A stretch of 63,766 bases of DNA, filler included, from Octopus bimaculoides (taxonomy: Eukaryota), in the NCBI RefSeq assembly GCF_001194135.2. It is 3 parts of 3 records of this genome, joined end to end, with 100 filler letters (N's around TTAATTAATTAA, not from the genome) between each part and the next. Parts side by side here need not be neighbours in the genome. Positions count along the whole stretch, not along the records: positions 41,588 to 63,766 come from NC_068993.1; 2 more parts are not named here. The stretch is one strand, 5' to 3'. Both the position numbers and the translations under genes were made by a program. The notes under the pieces were generated by a model, which was given only the letters and a program-made list of their open reading frames with translations, was not told the DNA's origin and searched no databases. This document shows, one piece after another, positions 51,192-63,766 of the stretch; positions within the stretch are counted from its first letter, which is position 1, and every line of letters starts with the position of its first letter.

Positions 51192-52397
51192 TCTCTCCGC
51201 AATGCTCCTAGATGTCTCCCCTATGTATGTCATGTTCATGTCTTTACAAACATTTTCTATGCATGTTATGCTGTAGACTACATTTCTAGTTCTACAGTTA
51301 ATGCCAGGGTTAATCATACATACCATGCAGTTATCATTGGTGCATATGGTATTCTCAAAGGGATACGTCCTACATAGTTGTGATCTGACGGAGTTCCCTG
51401 GTTTTTCAACAATCTTAATGTTGAGTTTGGTCTCCTTCAGAGCTTTTCTAAATCTACGGGCTAGAGCTCCATGAGCTGTGGCCCCTACAAACATTGATAT
51501 TTATCGGTTTTATACAACGTGTTCACTTTGTTTGCTTTGTCACAAGCTCTTTGTATCCTCTTCTAGTCTTTACTTCTATACCTAGGGTAGGTACCACTGG
51601 TTTTACTACGTATAATGTTATCTAACTTATTTGTAGCACCCCTGTATACTCAAACCCTATCTTTCTGACCATACCCAGAGGATTGCATGAGGTGCATGAA
51701 GTTCTGTACATCTTTCTTTGTTTCATAGGGTTTACATAGGGTTTACACGTTGTTCATCATCCTAACTAAGTCTACTGACAGTATGATAATTTTCATGTTG
51801 TGTAACAAAACTGTGTTCTTATGAACAACATATTTCGAAGCTATGGGTTTCATGTAATAAGAGTGGAGGATCTGCACTTTGTTGTTCCCAGTCTCTATCC
51901 AAATTCAGTATCAAGGACGGGGAGTCTATTGTTGGGGTGCCTAGTGGAGTAATTTATAGTTACCATGATACTTTAGTGGATGGAGTTAGCTACTTGCTGC
52001 ATGCTCTTCATTATGTTCCTCTCTGTTTCTACGTTACCGTTACTAGAGTTGGTCTTAACTATGATATTCATGTCATCTACATACCTACTGTAAAGCAGTA
52101 GAGTTGTGGACAGTTCTGCTAAGGATTGCTTAAGTTTTCTGCCCCACCAGGTCATGAAGAGGCCAGCCACACGTCCAGCTACACCGACACCAATGGCTTC
52201 ACCTTGAACATGCATGTATAGTTTCTTGTGGTTCTTCAAGGTGGTTCTTACACTAACCCTTATTGCATATGTAATCATTCCATGCACCTGATTGTTTTTC
52301 TCAGGGTCTTGGGTGGGTACGATCCAGCCACTCTATCGCTCTTCGGTGCTTTTTTTCACTGTTGAGTTGATGGTGGGTTGTCTTCCCCTCTGTGACC
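51192..52397 (-). mobile_element. Penelope-like element (Neptune-like) RT core, thumb and GIY-YIG, decayed
   Basis: QGEAIGVGVAGRVAGLFMTWW, LYSRYVDDMN, YYMKPIASK, MQSSGY, MFVGAT...IKIVEKPG, C-x4-C-x2-C linker, VVYSITC...YIGETSRSIAER. Confidence 0.9.
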
Positions 52398-52528
52398 TGG
52401 ATATGAATATAAACAGATAGACATACAGACGGATAGGTACATAGGTAATATGAGCAGACAAGCACACAAACACACACACACATACGCAAATGAAGACTGA
52501 AGCACATGATCATATACACACACACTTC
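52398..52528 (-). repeat. Right arm of the ~130-bp inverted repeat
   Basis: Abuts the 5' truncation point of the PLE RT. Confidence 0.8.
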
Positions 52529-53092
52529 CCTTAACACATGGATACATATGGAGACACACGTTCTCAAATGTAGAGATACACATCCGTACATACAGACACA
52601 GTGCATAGTCATAAAAACCCATATACACGCATACACACACAGACACTCAGACAGGCACACACAAGGAGACACAGATACACTCACACACACACACACAGAC
52701 ACACACACACACACACACACACGCAAACACACACATACACGTAAAAACACATAAACACACAAACACCTAAATATGCAGAATACATACACACAAACGTACA
52801 TACATATATACATACGCACATACATACATGCATACACACACTTACATGTATGCATACATACATATATACATACATACATGTGTATGAGCACATACACTGA
52901 CCCACACACATGCACACAAACAAACAAAAAGAATGTAGCTTAAATAACGGACAGAGTCAACGACTATTGAAAAGGTTGCAATACGCAACGAAAATTTTAG
53001 AAAAATATATAAGTAAATGAGTGGAAATTTTACCTGTGAGTGTGTTAAATTATAAGGCATTAAAAGAGAGTGACTCTCACCCAGACACAACA

Positions 53093-53126
<34 letters not shown>

Positions 53127-53136
53127 GGGGTGCATG

Positions 53137-53174
<38 letters not shown>

Positions 53175-55744
53175 AAGGGTTCAAAGATCAAACAATTCTC
53201 ATAGAAAGCTCCGTATGGTGTTCAAGATCTCTGTGTGTAAACATCTACATGTGTACGTAAAAGTGTTTGGGAGTCGACCTTGAGCTTTGTAAATAATTGT
53301 AACTTGACATTTTAACATCCTTTTGTGTCCAACTGTTACAGCGCGTTTATGTCTGCAAACCCACTACCTGTAGTGCAGTCTTGTTTGACCATTAGCTTTC
53401 ATGATCTTTTCTTTCGGTATTCACTCTCGCTACACATTTGCAATTATTCTCAGTCTAATTGTTGTAAGCATGTAGGTATTTATTTACTTTGTTTTACTGT
53501 AACTTATTTTTATCTATTTTTGTATTTTTATCTACTTTCAAACCGATCATGTAATATGCGTTTCTGATATCTGAAAGAAGTACGACGTTATCAAGTAAAT
53601 CAAATGTCATTTCGTATACAATGAACAAACCCAGCTTAATTCGACGGAGAAAAACATTTAATTCACATAGAATGTTCTGATGAATAAGGCTATTCACTAT
53701 GTCACAATAGAATTAAACGTTGAAGTAAATGTATATTTATACTTATATGTGTTTCGGACACTTTAGCGACGATGATGTACCTGAATACAAATTAAAAAAC
53801 AGATGTAAACATATGGAATAAATATCTTTTTTTCACTTCTAATATTATCATATTATCATACATACATACATGCAGGCATACATACATACGTTCATACATG
53901 CATACATACATACATACATACATACATACATACATACATACATACATACACGTATACCTANNNNNNNNNNNNNNNNNNNNNNNNNNNNNNNNNNNNNNNN
54001 NNNNNNNNNNNNNNNNNNNNNNNNNNNNNNNNNNNNNNNNNNNNNNNNNNNNNNNNNNNNNNNNNNNNNNNNNNNNNNNNNNNNNNNNNNNNNNNNNNNN
54101 NNNNNNNNNNNNNNNNNNNNNNNNNNNNNNNNNNNNNNNNNNNNNNNNNNNNNNNNNNNNNNNNNNNNNNNNNNNNNNNNNNNNNNNNNNNNNNNNNNNN
54201 NNNNNNNNNNNNNNNNNNNNNNNNNNNNNNNNNNNNNNNNNNNNNNNNNNNNNNNNNNNNNNNNNNNNNNNNNNNNNNNNNNNNNNNNNNNNNNNNNNNN
54301 NNNNNNNNNNNNNNNNNNNNNNNNNNNNNNNNNNNNNNNNNNNNNNNNNNNNNNNNNNNNNNNNNNNNNNNNNNNNNNNNNNNNNNNNNNNNNNNNNNNN
54401 NNNNNNNNNNNNNNNNNNNNNNNNNNNNNNNNNNNNNNNNNNNNNNNNNNNNNNNNNNNNNNNNNNNNNNNNNNNNNNNNNNNNNNNNNNNNNNNNNNNN
54501 NNNNNNNNNNNNNNNNNNNNNNNNNNNNNNNNNNNNNNNNNNNNNNAGCCATCAATGGAACTGTAAAGATATGTAAAACTTTCCAAAAATTTAGCACATA
54601 AATACATATGCATGCATCTAGACATGAAAATATATACATAAAAACGCATCCATAAAACAAACATACAAATCTGCGCATACACTAATACCAAATACTGCAC
54701 ACACACATACACATATGCACAAATAGCTAGATGATGTTGATAAAAGTTCCAATGAAGAAGCCTTGAATCTATGTTAGAGTCTGGCTCTTTCTCTATGGAC
54801 AAGAAATACAGAAATGAAACTGATTGATAACATACATACATACATACATACATACATGTCTGTGTGTGCGATTGGACAGACGAAGGAAAAAGGTACTCAA
54901 TACATTATTAGGAGTTACATATATTATCAAGTCTGATTCAGTTCCTTCCTTACGATTTAAAGTTTCCCAGGCTCCTTACAGAAACTTAGCTCGTTCAGAC
55001 TCAGCTTATCGAATGGAGAGATGCAGGAAGTCCAACATGGCTGCGGGAAAACTGGGTTGCTATCGATGAAAGCGGGTCACATTGTGTTGTTAGAAATGAG
55101 ATCGACATTTCAGCAACACCAGATGTATTAGAAAAGATTACATGCGAGAGAAGAATAGACTGATGACGTCTTGGTGTCTGGCATGTCTTTGAAAGGATTT
55201 GAAGGTACTTAGAGGCCAGCGGAAACAGGCCTGGCTAGGGTACGTGTATGTATATGAGATAAATGACTGGGTGGACGCGGGTGCTGATGCCTATTCGTGC
55301 ATATTAGCCAGAATGTGCGTACCTATCAGCTGTGTGTTGGTGAGTACCAGTCGTGCAGGTGCATATCAGCCGTCTATGAGTACTCGCGTGTGTGAATATG
55401 AGGGTGTATGTGGCAGCTATGTATATCAGATACAATTGTATATTGGTAGTATGAGTGTGTGTATGTGTGTGTGTGTATACTCAATGCAAGTGGGTTTGTG
55501 TCTGTTGTGTACACGAGTGTGAGCTAACGTGTTTAGGCTGTATGTATAGGTGTGTGTGGTTATGGTTGATTGGTGAACGTATGTACATTACTGTATGTAA
55601 ATGCGAGTGTATGAACGAGTGCATGCTTTTGTCTGAAAGAATATATACGCGCGCGCACGTGTTCTTTTATCTGGTGTGCAGAAACATGTGTTGGCATAAT
55701 AAACATATGTTGGCATCATAAATTTTGGAAAATTTTAATTAAAG

Positions 55745-55895
55745 GTGTAGGCTCAGGCGTGGCTTCGTTGTAAGAAGCCTATTTACCAATCATATGGTTT
55801 CAGGTGCAGTCTCACTGCGTGGCACGTTGAGCAAGTTTCTATACTAGCCACGGGTCGACCAACACCATACGAGTGAATTTAGTAGACGGAAACTT
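55745..55895 (+). mobile_element. Diverged CORE-type SINE
   Basis: GGCTCAGGCGTGGC...GGCACGTTGAGCAAG...GAGTGAATTTAGTAGACGGAAAC. Confidence 0.7.
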
Positions 55896-55922
55896 AACTA
55901 TACACACACACATGTGTGTGTG

Positions 55923-55960
<38 letters not shown>

Positions 55961-57383
55961 TGTGTGTGTGTGTGCTCCTCAACACGCACTTGGCAATCAG
56001 TGAAAACGACAGATAGAATAAGTACCATGTCCACTTTTTCCATACCTTCAAATTTTACCACAAATCTGAATGCAACCTAAATAACCGCAGAGCACATATC
56101 CCAAACACTGCTTAGATAATCTCCAACGACCCTATTTGACTTTGCATTATTTTTTTAACTTTCCACTCTTATCTTAATTGTTTGATACTACATGTATGAT
56201 CATGCATAGGTGTACGTATGCGGATGTATGTGTGTATATATAAGTATGTGTGTGTGTGTGCGCGCGCACGTGTGCGTGCCTGTATGTGTGTGCAAGTGTG
56301 CATGTATTCCTGTATATGAGCGCACGTGTATGCGTATATGCATGTATGCATGTGTGCGCATATATATATATGTGCGTGTGTGTGTATGTATGGATATGTA
56401 TTTTTGTATATGAATGCGTATGCATGCGTATGTGTGTATATGTATGTGCATGTATATGTATGTGCATGTATATGTATGTGTGTATATGTGTATGTATATG
56501 CATGAATGCGTACGGGTTTAAATACACATGTACGCAGGCCTATATAATATTGCACACACATATATGTACATGTATGCGTGTGTATATCCATATACACTTC
56601 TTTCTCTCTCTCTGACTCCTCTACCCTCACTATCACATTTACCAGTGGAATAAACACTTAAATCTATAGCAACTTGAATATTCTTAATATTCTTCCCTTC
56701 CAGTTTGTGGTTTACTACTCACTTTAGAAAAAATCGCTCCTATAATACTTTCTGTACCCTTTCCTTAACACGATATCACCCCACTTCACACACCTCAGGC
56801 ATTTTGATCTGTTCCTACCCTTTACACATTTTGATGTGTTCCTACCCTTCTCCTACTCTTCTCCCATCCTCCCTCGTAATTTCTTGACCACTAACTAACT
56901 CCCCTTTTTTCACTTTCTTACACCTTTTTCTCTTTCTCTTCTTGTTTTCATTTTCTCCTCCTCTTTCTTTCCTTCTTCTCTTCTCACCCTTTCCTTTGAC
57001 CACTCTCTTTAACATACACATCTCTTCTCCCCTCTCTATCCACTTAATACTACCAATACATTCTCAAATTTTCATTCACATCACAAGACAACTTTGAGTG
57101 AACAGCACATGGAATCAACGTCTCCACACTTTCCATTTGTGATGACAAAATATGAATTCCTACTAAAATTTACATCTCAGAGATAGAAAGCATTTCTACT
57201 ACTTCTACACACCACTTTACTTGGATAATGGAACTGCAACTATAACATTTTTATACACTGCTATTTTTATTTCTACATTCATTCTCCTATTTCCCTATAT
57301 GCTCCTTATTTGCTTCCTTTTCCAAAATAACTCCTCATATTGAATTGTAATATTTCCCTCTGTTTAACCATCACACATCCTCT

Positions 57384-57423
57384 CTGATGAAGGGATATCC
57401 CTAATATCCCAGAAACATCTGTA
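57384..57423 (+). ncRNA. Minimal hammerhead-like motif, probably in a decayed PLE pLTR (about 57040-57430)
   Basis: CTGATGA-A-GGGATAT/ATATCCC-A-GAAAC-ATCT-GTA. Helix II is perfect (7 bp); helix I is poorly paired. Confidence 0.5.
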
Positions 57424-57444
57424 GCACTGACTTATATTTTGCAT

Positions 57445-57710
57445 TTGCGGCTCCGTTGGTGGCTAATGAGCCCTGCTCTTGGCATACACAACTGCAAATA
57501 ACACAGACCAAGCTTTCCCCATTCACTACAGCCGCAGTGCGCGTTCGAGCAGCACGCTTAAGTTCTTCATGCAGAATACATGCTCTCTCAAAAGTGTCGA
57601 CCCCCTCCTTCCTCCATCTGTGGCGATGACAGGCATTGCTTTCCAACTCAGTTTCCTGCATATCAAAGGCTTTTGATAAGGACTTGACAGTCCTTAAATC
57701 GCAACCTTGG
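57445..57710 (-). mobile_element. RTE/BovB-like LINE C-terminal fragment
   Basis: PRLRFKDC...RHRWRKEGVDTFE...KRAAR...VCVICSCVC. Confidence 0.75.
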
Positions 57711-59276
57711 TTATATATATATATATNNNNNNNNNNNNNNNNNNNNNNNNNNNNNNNNNNNNNNNNNNNNNNNNNNNNNNNNNNNNNNNNNNNNNNNNNN
57801 NNNNNNNNNNNNNNNNNNNNNNNNNNNNNNNNNNNNNNNNNNNNNNNNNNNNNNNNNNNNNNNNNNNNNNNNNNNNNNNNNNNNNNNNNNNNNNNNNNNN
57901 NNNNNNNNNNNNNNNNNNNNNNNNNNNNNNNNNNNNNNNNNNNNNNNNNNNNNNNNNNNNNNNNNNNNNNNNNNNNNNNNNNNNNNNNNNNNNNNNNNNN
58001 NNNTAATGACGAAAATTATTTTTACGCATACTTTTATTTGTTTATTTTTAAACTGTAAAAATATGAGTGTATGTTACGTAGACATAAAGATAACACTATT
58101 ACATTTACGTACAATTTCTATATTTTTCTGTCAAATAAAGAGGGTTGAAATAAGAAATTTATCAACGATTTCTGCTAATGATTTTAACTGATCCGTTATT
58201 TTGACGACACATGAATACCAACTATCTTTTATTTTATTTATTATAACATAGTATGTTATACTGTTAATTTTAAAGAGATAAAGTACCAGCAACTATGAAG
58301 AGCCCAACTTTGAAACCAAAACAAAATGATACGCAGTATTTGTGTTATCTTTATTCTCTCAGTTCCTAACCCACCGTAGTCACGTTTACCTTACATACGT
58401 ACGGAGTCCATAAAATGTCAATGAAGTACTGGATCTTCTCCCTATCTGCTAAATTAATAAATTTATATTTTATACATAGGATAGCTACTGAAACTCTTAG
58501 GAATCTGAATTCCTCTAATGGAGTATATTCCACGAAAGACCATAAACTAAGTAACGTATTATGTTTCATCCCCTAAGAACAGAAACATTGCATCTGGTGG
58601 GTTTCTACACAGGTTTTGTCTACCTAAGGATTAGCGTGATCAACAGCTGTAAGAAAAAGCTTTCAAAATGTGCCATTTTGTAGGTTCGAACAAGAATCTA
58701 TATGACTCGACGGAAACTTCTAAATCACACGACTATGAATACATTTAGGAATGCTCCTCAGAGACAAAAGAAAAAGAACGATATCGAAACATATATATAT
58801 GATGATGATGAGTTACTAAAACCAAGAAACTTTCGAAATGAGTTTAACAGGAAAGAATGCGTTATACATATATTCTTTCCTGTTAAACGTTGATCAAATT
58901 TTTCTCAGGTCTTTGCTGTTTTCAATCTTTTTGGTTACCCATGAATGTTGATGCTGTCGTACAAAACACTTCTTTGGGAAGATTTATCAGCATTCTCAGG
59001 TGCAAGTCGAATAAAAAGCAATGATTCCGTGAATCTTATTCTTTATATTTTACCTCAATAAAAAGACAAATTCATGACTACATTAATATGGAGAAATAGC
59101 TCTATAAAGTAGCTGAACTGAATCACTTGCTTTCACTCTTTCACTTTCCATTTNNNNNNNNNNAACTGAATCACTTGCTTTCACTCTTTCACTTTCCATT
59201 TTTTTCTCTCTCACTTTCTCTCGTTCCCTCTCTCTTACTCTTTCTCTTTCTCACTCTTTCTCTCTCATTTTCACTT

Positions 59277-59320
<44 letters not shown>

Positions 59321-60456
59321 TCTCTCTCTGTCCTCTATTTCTCTCTCTTTCTCTTTCTTACACAGATAGACACACATGCATATTTATTTCACAGAAAGTT
59401 TTATATAATATTGAGTGACAGATAGCCCTGTGACTATTACAGGAAAATGAATGATGGGAACTGAAAATTTTCATAAATTGAATTTCAAAAATAATTAATA
59501 TTATTTATTTGCAATCTGTCATAGCAATAATATATTTCATGAACAAATTTCGTATAACAAGAGGCTCATGTCAAGACTAGGCCACGATCTGGATCCGATT
59601 CCTGTTTTACATATTTGCTTATCTAAGGCAACACATATCTTGCAGAAAAACATGAATATAAACATGTCATTGCCTTCATTTTTCACTTCCACTAAAATAT
59701 TCGGGAGTTATTATTGTTATCCATATTGTTACTGTCGTTGTTACTGCTGTTGCTGTTGCTATTGCTGTTACTTATAAAGTTGTTATTTTTCATTGCATAA
59801 GCCTGATGCAACAGATCTATAACCAAACACATTAGCGTAGTGACCATCCTTTTTTTTTTCATGGGTAACTAAATATTGTAATTAAAAAAATCTTCTTTCC
59901 TTATTTAACTGGATAGCACGTGATTTGAGGGCGATTGAATGACATTTCTATTGGGTCAAGCGATTACACAGTTGTTCTCACTGTTGTCTATTTTATTTTG
60001 TTTTTAGAAATGAGCCTCAGTTGACGCATTCAAATTAACAATTTTAGATGAAATGTCTACATAAACTAATAACTTCCACCAATCTTTAATTCATGAATTT
60101 TGAATTGTGATATCGAGACGATGCTATGATATTACAGGAAAAGAGTATCATTGAGTTGAGAAACTTCAGTACCTTTTGGGTTCTTCTGGATTGAATCTGT
60201 AGATTTAAAAAAGTAATTGGATATTATTGAATAAACTACAGCGAACAAAAGTGTTATTAGCCATTGAAGAACTCATATACTGAAATACTAATGTATTACA
60301 TTAATTATTGTATTGAGTACATACACATTTTTTATATTGTTCGGTCTTTTTATTTCTAATGTGTGCAGTTGGCTCTAAGGTAATGCGTATTCTTAAAAAA
60401 ATCAGCTCGTAAATATAATTCATTGTTTGCATGTGTATGTGTGTGTGTTTGTGTGT

Positions 60457-60488
<32 letters not shown>

Positions 60489-61365
60489 TAGTGTGTGGGT
60501 GTGTGTGTTAGTGTGTGTGTGTGTTTTTGTGTGCGTATCTGTGTGTGTGTGTGCTTAAGGGTTACAATGATTCTACTGTGATATAGATACATAGTCTCAG
60601 ATCAAGTTTCTTGCTAAACAGCACTTTAGAGATTCCAATCTAAAATTTAAAAAGTACTTATACGATATTTTATAGAAATAAAACATTTAATTCAGTCTTT
60701 TTCTCTTCTTCTGCTACTCCACCATATTTAGAAATACCAGTGTGATTTCTTAAATTAACATGAGGTAATATATCTGTAATGTGCATAGCTGATTAAAGCG
60801 ATCCCTATAAATACCAAGCACTTTTCGCTTTGATCCCAGAGGCATTGGTAACCAAAGTTATCTCCTGCCACGTGATCAGACTAACGGATGCACACATACA
60901 AAATTAAATTCCATAAGGTATTTAGAATTTCTTTCCTGTCATCAATACTATCTTCACATATACTATATTTAATAAAATATTGAACGAGTCTTTCGTTAAC
61001 TGCGTTCTGAGAGAGATAAGTGTAATATTAACTAAGTGCCTATGACCCGAGGTATTCAACCTGATCTTTCGTTTATATATGTGCATATCAAGTACTATAT
61101 TGCCTAATTATGATACTAAGGTTAGATTTTAAAGAGATTTTACTGCTGCTTCTAACAGGACTAGAAGTCGTTTAGAGAATCCTTCATTGATTGGTTTTAT
61201 AGCGAAATGGTTGAGATGCTTCTTAAATGCTACAAGTTCAAGTCCCGTTATAAATATTTCTTTGCTGCTTTCTTCGGTTCTAGTGAAAACTCGCTTTACA
61301 TGTATAGGAAGGTTGATAACAATCTGGCGCTTTTGAAGTTAGCCAGTCGATGCAAAGTTCGAATT

Positions 61366-61585
61366 TAGGGTGGCGAGGTGGCAAAATTGTTAGCGGTCCG
61401 GGCAAAATATTTTGCGACATTTCGTTCATCTCCACCTTCTGAGTTCAAATTCCGCCGAGGTCGACTTTAACATTCATCCTTTCGTGATCGATAAAATAAG
61501 TACCAGTTAAGCACTGGGTCGATGTAATCGACTAACCCACTTCACCAAAAATTCCAGGCCCTGTACCAAAATTTGAAGCCAATAT
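61366..61585 (+). mobile_element. Meta-like SINE
   Basis: GGGTGGCGAGGTGGC...GAGTTCAAATTCCGCCGAGGTCGACTT...GATAAAATAAGTACCAG. Confidence 0.8.
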
Positions 61586-62368
61586 AGAGATCGAGTTTAC
61601 TGCAGATACTTATTCATGAAAAGGTTAGTTTTGATCAAGTTGAAAGATTGGAACAGATAAGAATGAAACTATATTGGACATAAGTCAATGAATACATAGC
61701 TAGGCTGTGCAGCGACAAGGACCTGAATATGGCTGATCGAATGAAAGGGAAAAGACAGAAGCTTGAAATAGGATGTTTAATGAAATGACTCAGTCCAGCT
61801 GCTTCATTTCACTGTTTACTCTGTGTATTTCGCTCAACGTACTCTACATTTTCACAGCGTAATCTAATTTATTTTGCACAGTTTACGCTAGCTACTTCCG
61901 CCATTAGGCCATTAATTTTTTATATCATTCACTGAGATCAAGGTGTGTTGAGGCATACAAATCCTTCGATCAGAATTCAATACCACTTCCTTTTTCACAA
62001 AAGACAACTAATATAGTTTATATTATACCCATGGAAAAATTTCAACTTAACATTTGCAATTAAAAAGAAATATTCTCTTTATATTATCTCAAGAAATGAA
62101 ATATACTTCGATAGGGTACATAAATTCAGTCTGAGTGACTAGAATTTGGGGCCCAATTAATTCTGTACAGTCACTTCTTCGATACCATGATAATAATAAT
62201 GTTGAATTATTGGATGGAAAGCTGATATCATAATTCCTGTGATTGTGGTTGCCGTTTTTGTAGTCGGCGGTGGCGGTGGCGGTGGTGGTGGTCGACGTCG
62301 TCGTCGTCGTTGTCGTCGTGTTTTTGGTTGTGGTGCCACTGTCGTTGTTTCCGAACTAACATACTTAC

Positions 62369-62425
62369 CTGATAACTCCCGTTTTCTCTTTGCATATTTA
62401 GGAGTACTTTATCTAATGCGTCTTT
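62369..62425 (-). CDS. Candidate isolated 57-nt internal exon (KDALDKVLLNMQRENGSYQ)
   Basis: TAG acceptor, open phase 0-0 frame, and perfect donor CAG|GTAAGTAT. The polypyrimidine tract is weak and no partner exon was identified. Confidence 0.35.
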
Positions 62426-62828
62426 CTATTTTTAGATAGGAGTCATGAAATTTCAAGGGAAGTTGGCTGCTATTACAAGCATGCCAGGCTACAATTAAAG
62501 CAATAAAGAGCATTTGCCTGACCACCAGCACAACGCTGTCGTCGAAGTCTTCTTATAAAGAACGACACTTCAACAGCCAACAATGACGTAATGAGAGAAT
62601 TTCCATGCTGTGACTATAACAGGGCACCAAAACTACTTTGAGAACAAAACAAGTAATAATTAGATAATATAGTTCAAGGTATACAATATATTTCAGAAAC
62701 AATATATTACCTTGCTGACAAGGAAAAGTGTTTCACTCATTAGTATCCTGTTTATATGTATGTGGTTGTGAAAGTATGTATGGTATATATGTATGTGTCG
62801 ATATAAATATATATATAAATACGCACAC

Positions 62829-62908
<80 letters not shown>

Positions 62909-63008
62909 ATGGATATATATATGTGTGTGTGTGTGTGCGTGTGTAATATTAAGTATGTTACAGAAAGTATGGGCTATTTACGGAGTGCTTGTAGAGAGCC
63001 AATGCGAA

Positions 63009-63761
63009 ATAATACAAAGTAGAGGAAAATGAAAACGCAAATCCTAGGCAGTCAACCAAATTCCCGAACGCATAAATGAAAATATTCAATCAATGTAATT
63101 GAATCATATATATTTATACACATCAACACAAATTATACACGTATAGGCATTAAGATTCTCTAAGGTTATAAAGAATAAATCCAAACATACATAAAGATAT
63201 AGGAGAGATATAAAAGCATATAAAAGTACATATAAAATAACATATAAATAAGGATTACATGTAAAAAGTTATTCGTGGTAAATACAGGGGGCACAAAGCG
63301 AAAGAGAGGTTGGTAAATATAGGAATAAAAATGTCAATCTTCGAAATGGCAGACCGCCTAAATCGTCTAAAAGTTCTAATACATTTAATTTATGAAATAA
63401 AAATGACACAAGGCATCAAGGTTAAGAACTGTTGATAACCTTGATATGTTGTGTCAATTTTATCGCATATCTTAGATATTTATCACGCATAACTTTTCAC
63501 ATGTAATCCTTATTTATATGTTATTTTATATGTATTTTTATATATTTTATATGCTTTTATATCATTCCTATATCTTTATGTATGTTTGGTTTTATTCTTT
63601 ATACCCTTGGAGAATCTTTACGCCTATACATGCAAGATTTATGTTGATGTGTATAAATATATATCATACAATTACATTGATTGAATATCTTAATTTATGC
63701 ATTCGAGAATTTGGTTGACTGCCTAGGATTTTCGTTGTCACTTTCTTCTACTTTGTATTAT
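63009..63761. mobile_element. ~750-bp foldback/MITE with ~280-bp inverted arms
   Basis: 63009-63284 aligns with the reverse complement of 63477-63761; the ~190-bp spacer has its own hairpin (63404-63456). Confidence 0.85.
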
Positions 63762-63766
63762 ATATA

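Noticed and set aside
59116-59201. 38-bp direct repeat
   Set aside because: It flanks a 10-N gap exactly, typical of an unmerged contig overlap.
62361-62371. U1 snRNA 5' end (ATACTTACCTG)
   Set aside because: The downstream sequence does not match U1; it is better read as a minus-strand splice donor.

Overview
AT-rich, microsatellite-dense eukaryotic DNA made almost entirely of transposable-element remnants. The SINE and LINE families are most consistent with a coleoid cephalopod such as Octopus (inference from family motifs, no search run). No complete host gene, rRNA, tRNA or CRISPR array is supportable, and most of the ORF track is simple repeats or N gaps. Two 100-bp gaps carry an artificial six-frame-stop spacer (18906-19005, 41488-41587), so the window is probably three joined scaffolds. 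Recognisable content: RTE, R4/Dong and CR1/Jockey-like LINE remnants; Penelope-like elements (PLEs) with hammerhead-ribozyme-like motifs; several SINE families; a Tc1/mariner remnant; a hAT MITE hosting a Helitron-like insert; and several foldback palindromes. Best leads: (1) PLE-linked hammerhead motifs sharing a non-canonical unpaired helix II junction; (2) an R4/Dong-SINE chimera in (TAA)n tracts that suggests a LINE/SINE partnership, where the SINE may have a 5S-derived head; (3) an in-frame, RT-deleted RTE; (4) a PLE fragment between 130-bp inverted repeats; (5) an unexplained ~500-bp near-identical duplication; (6) a few orphan exon-like segments. Coordinates of degraded elements are approximate.
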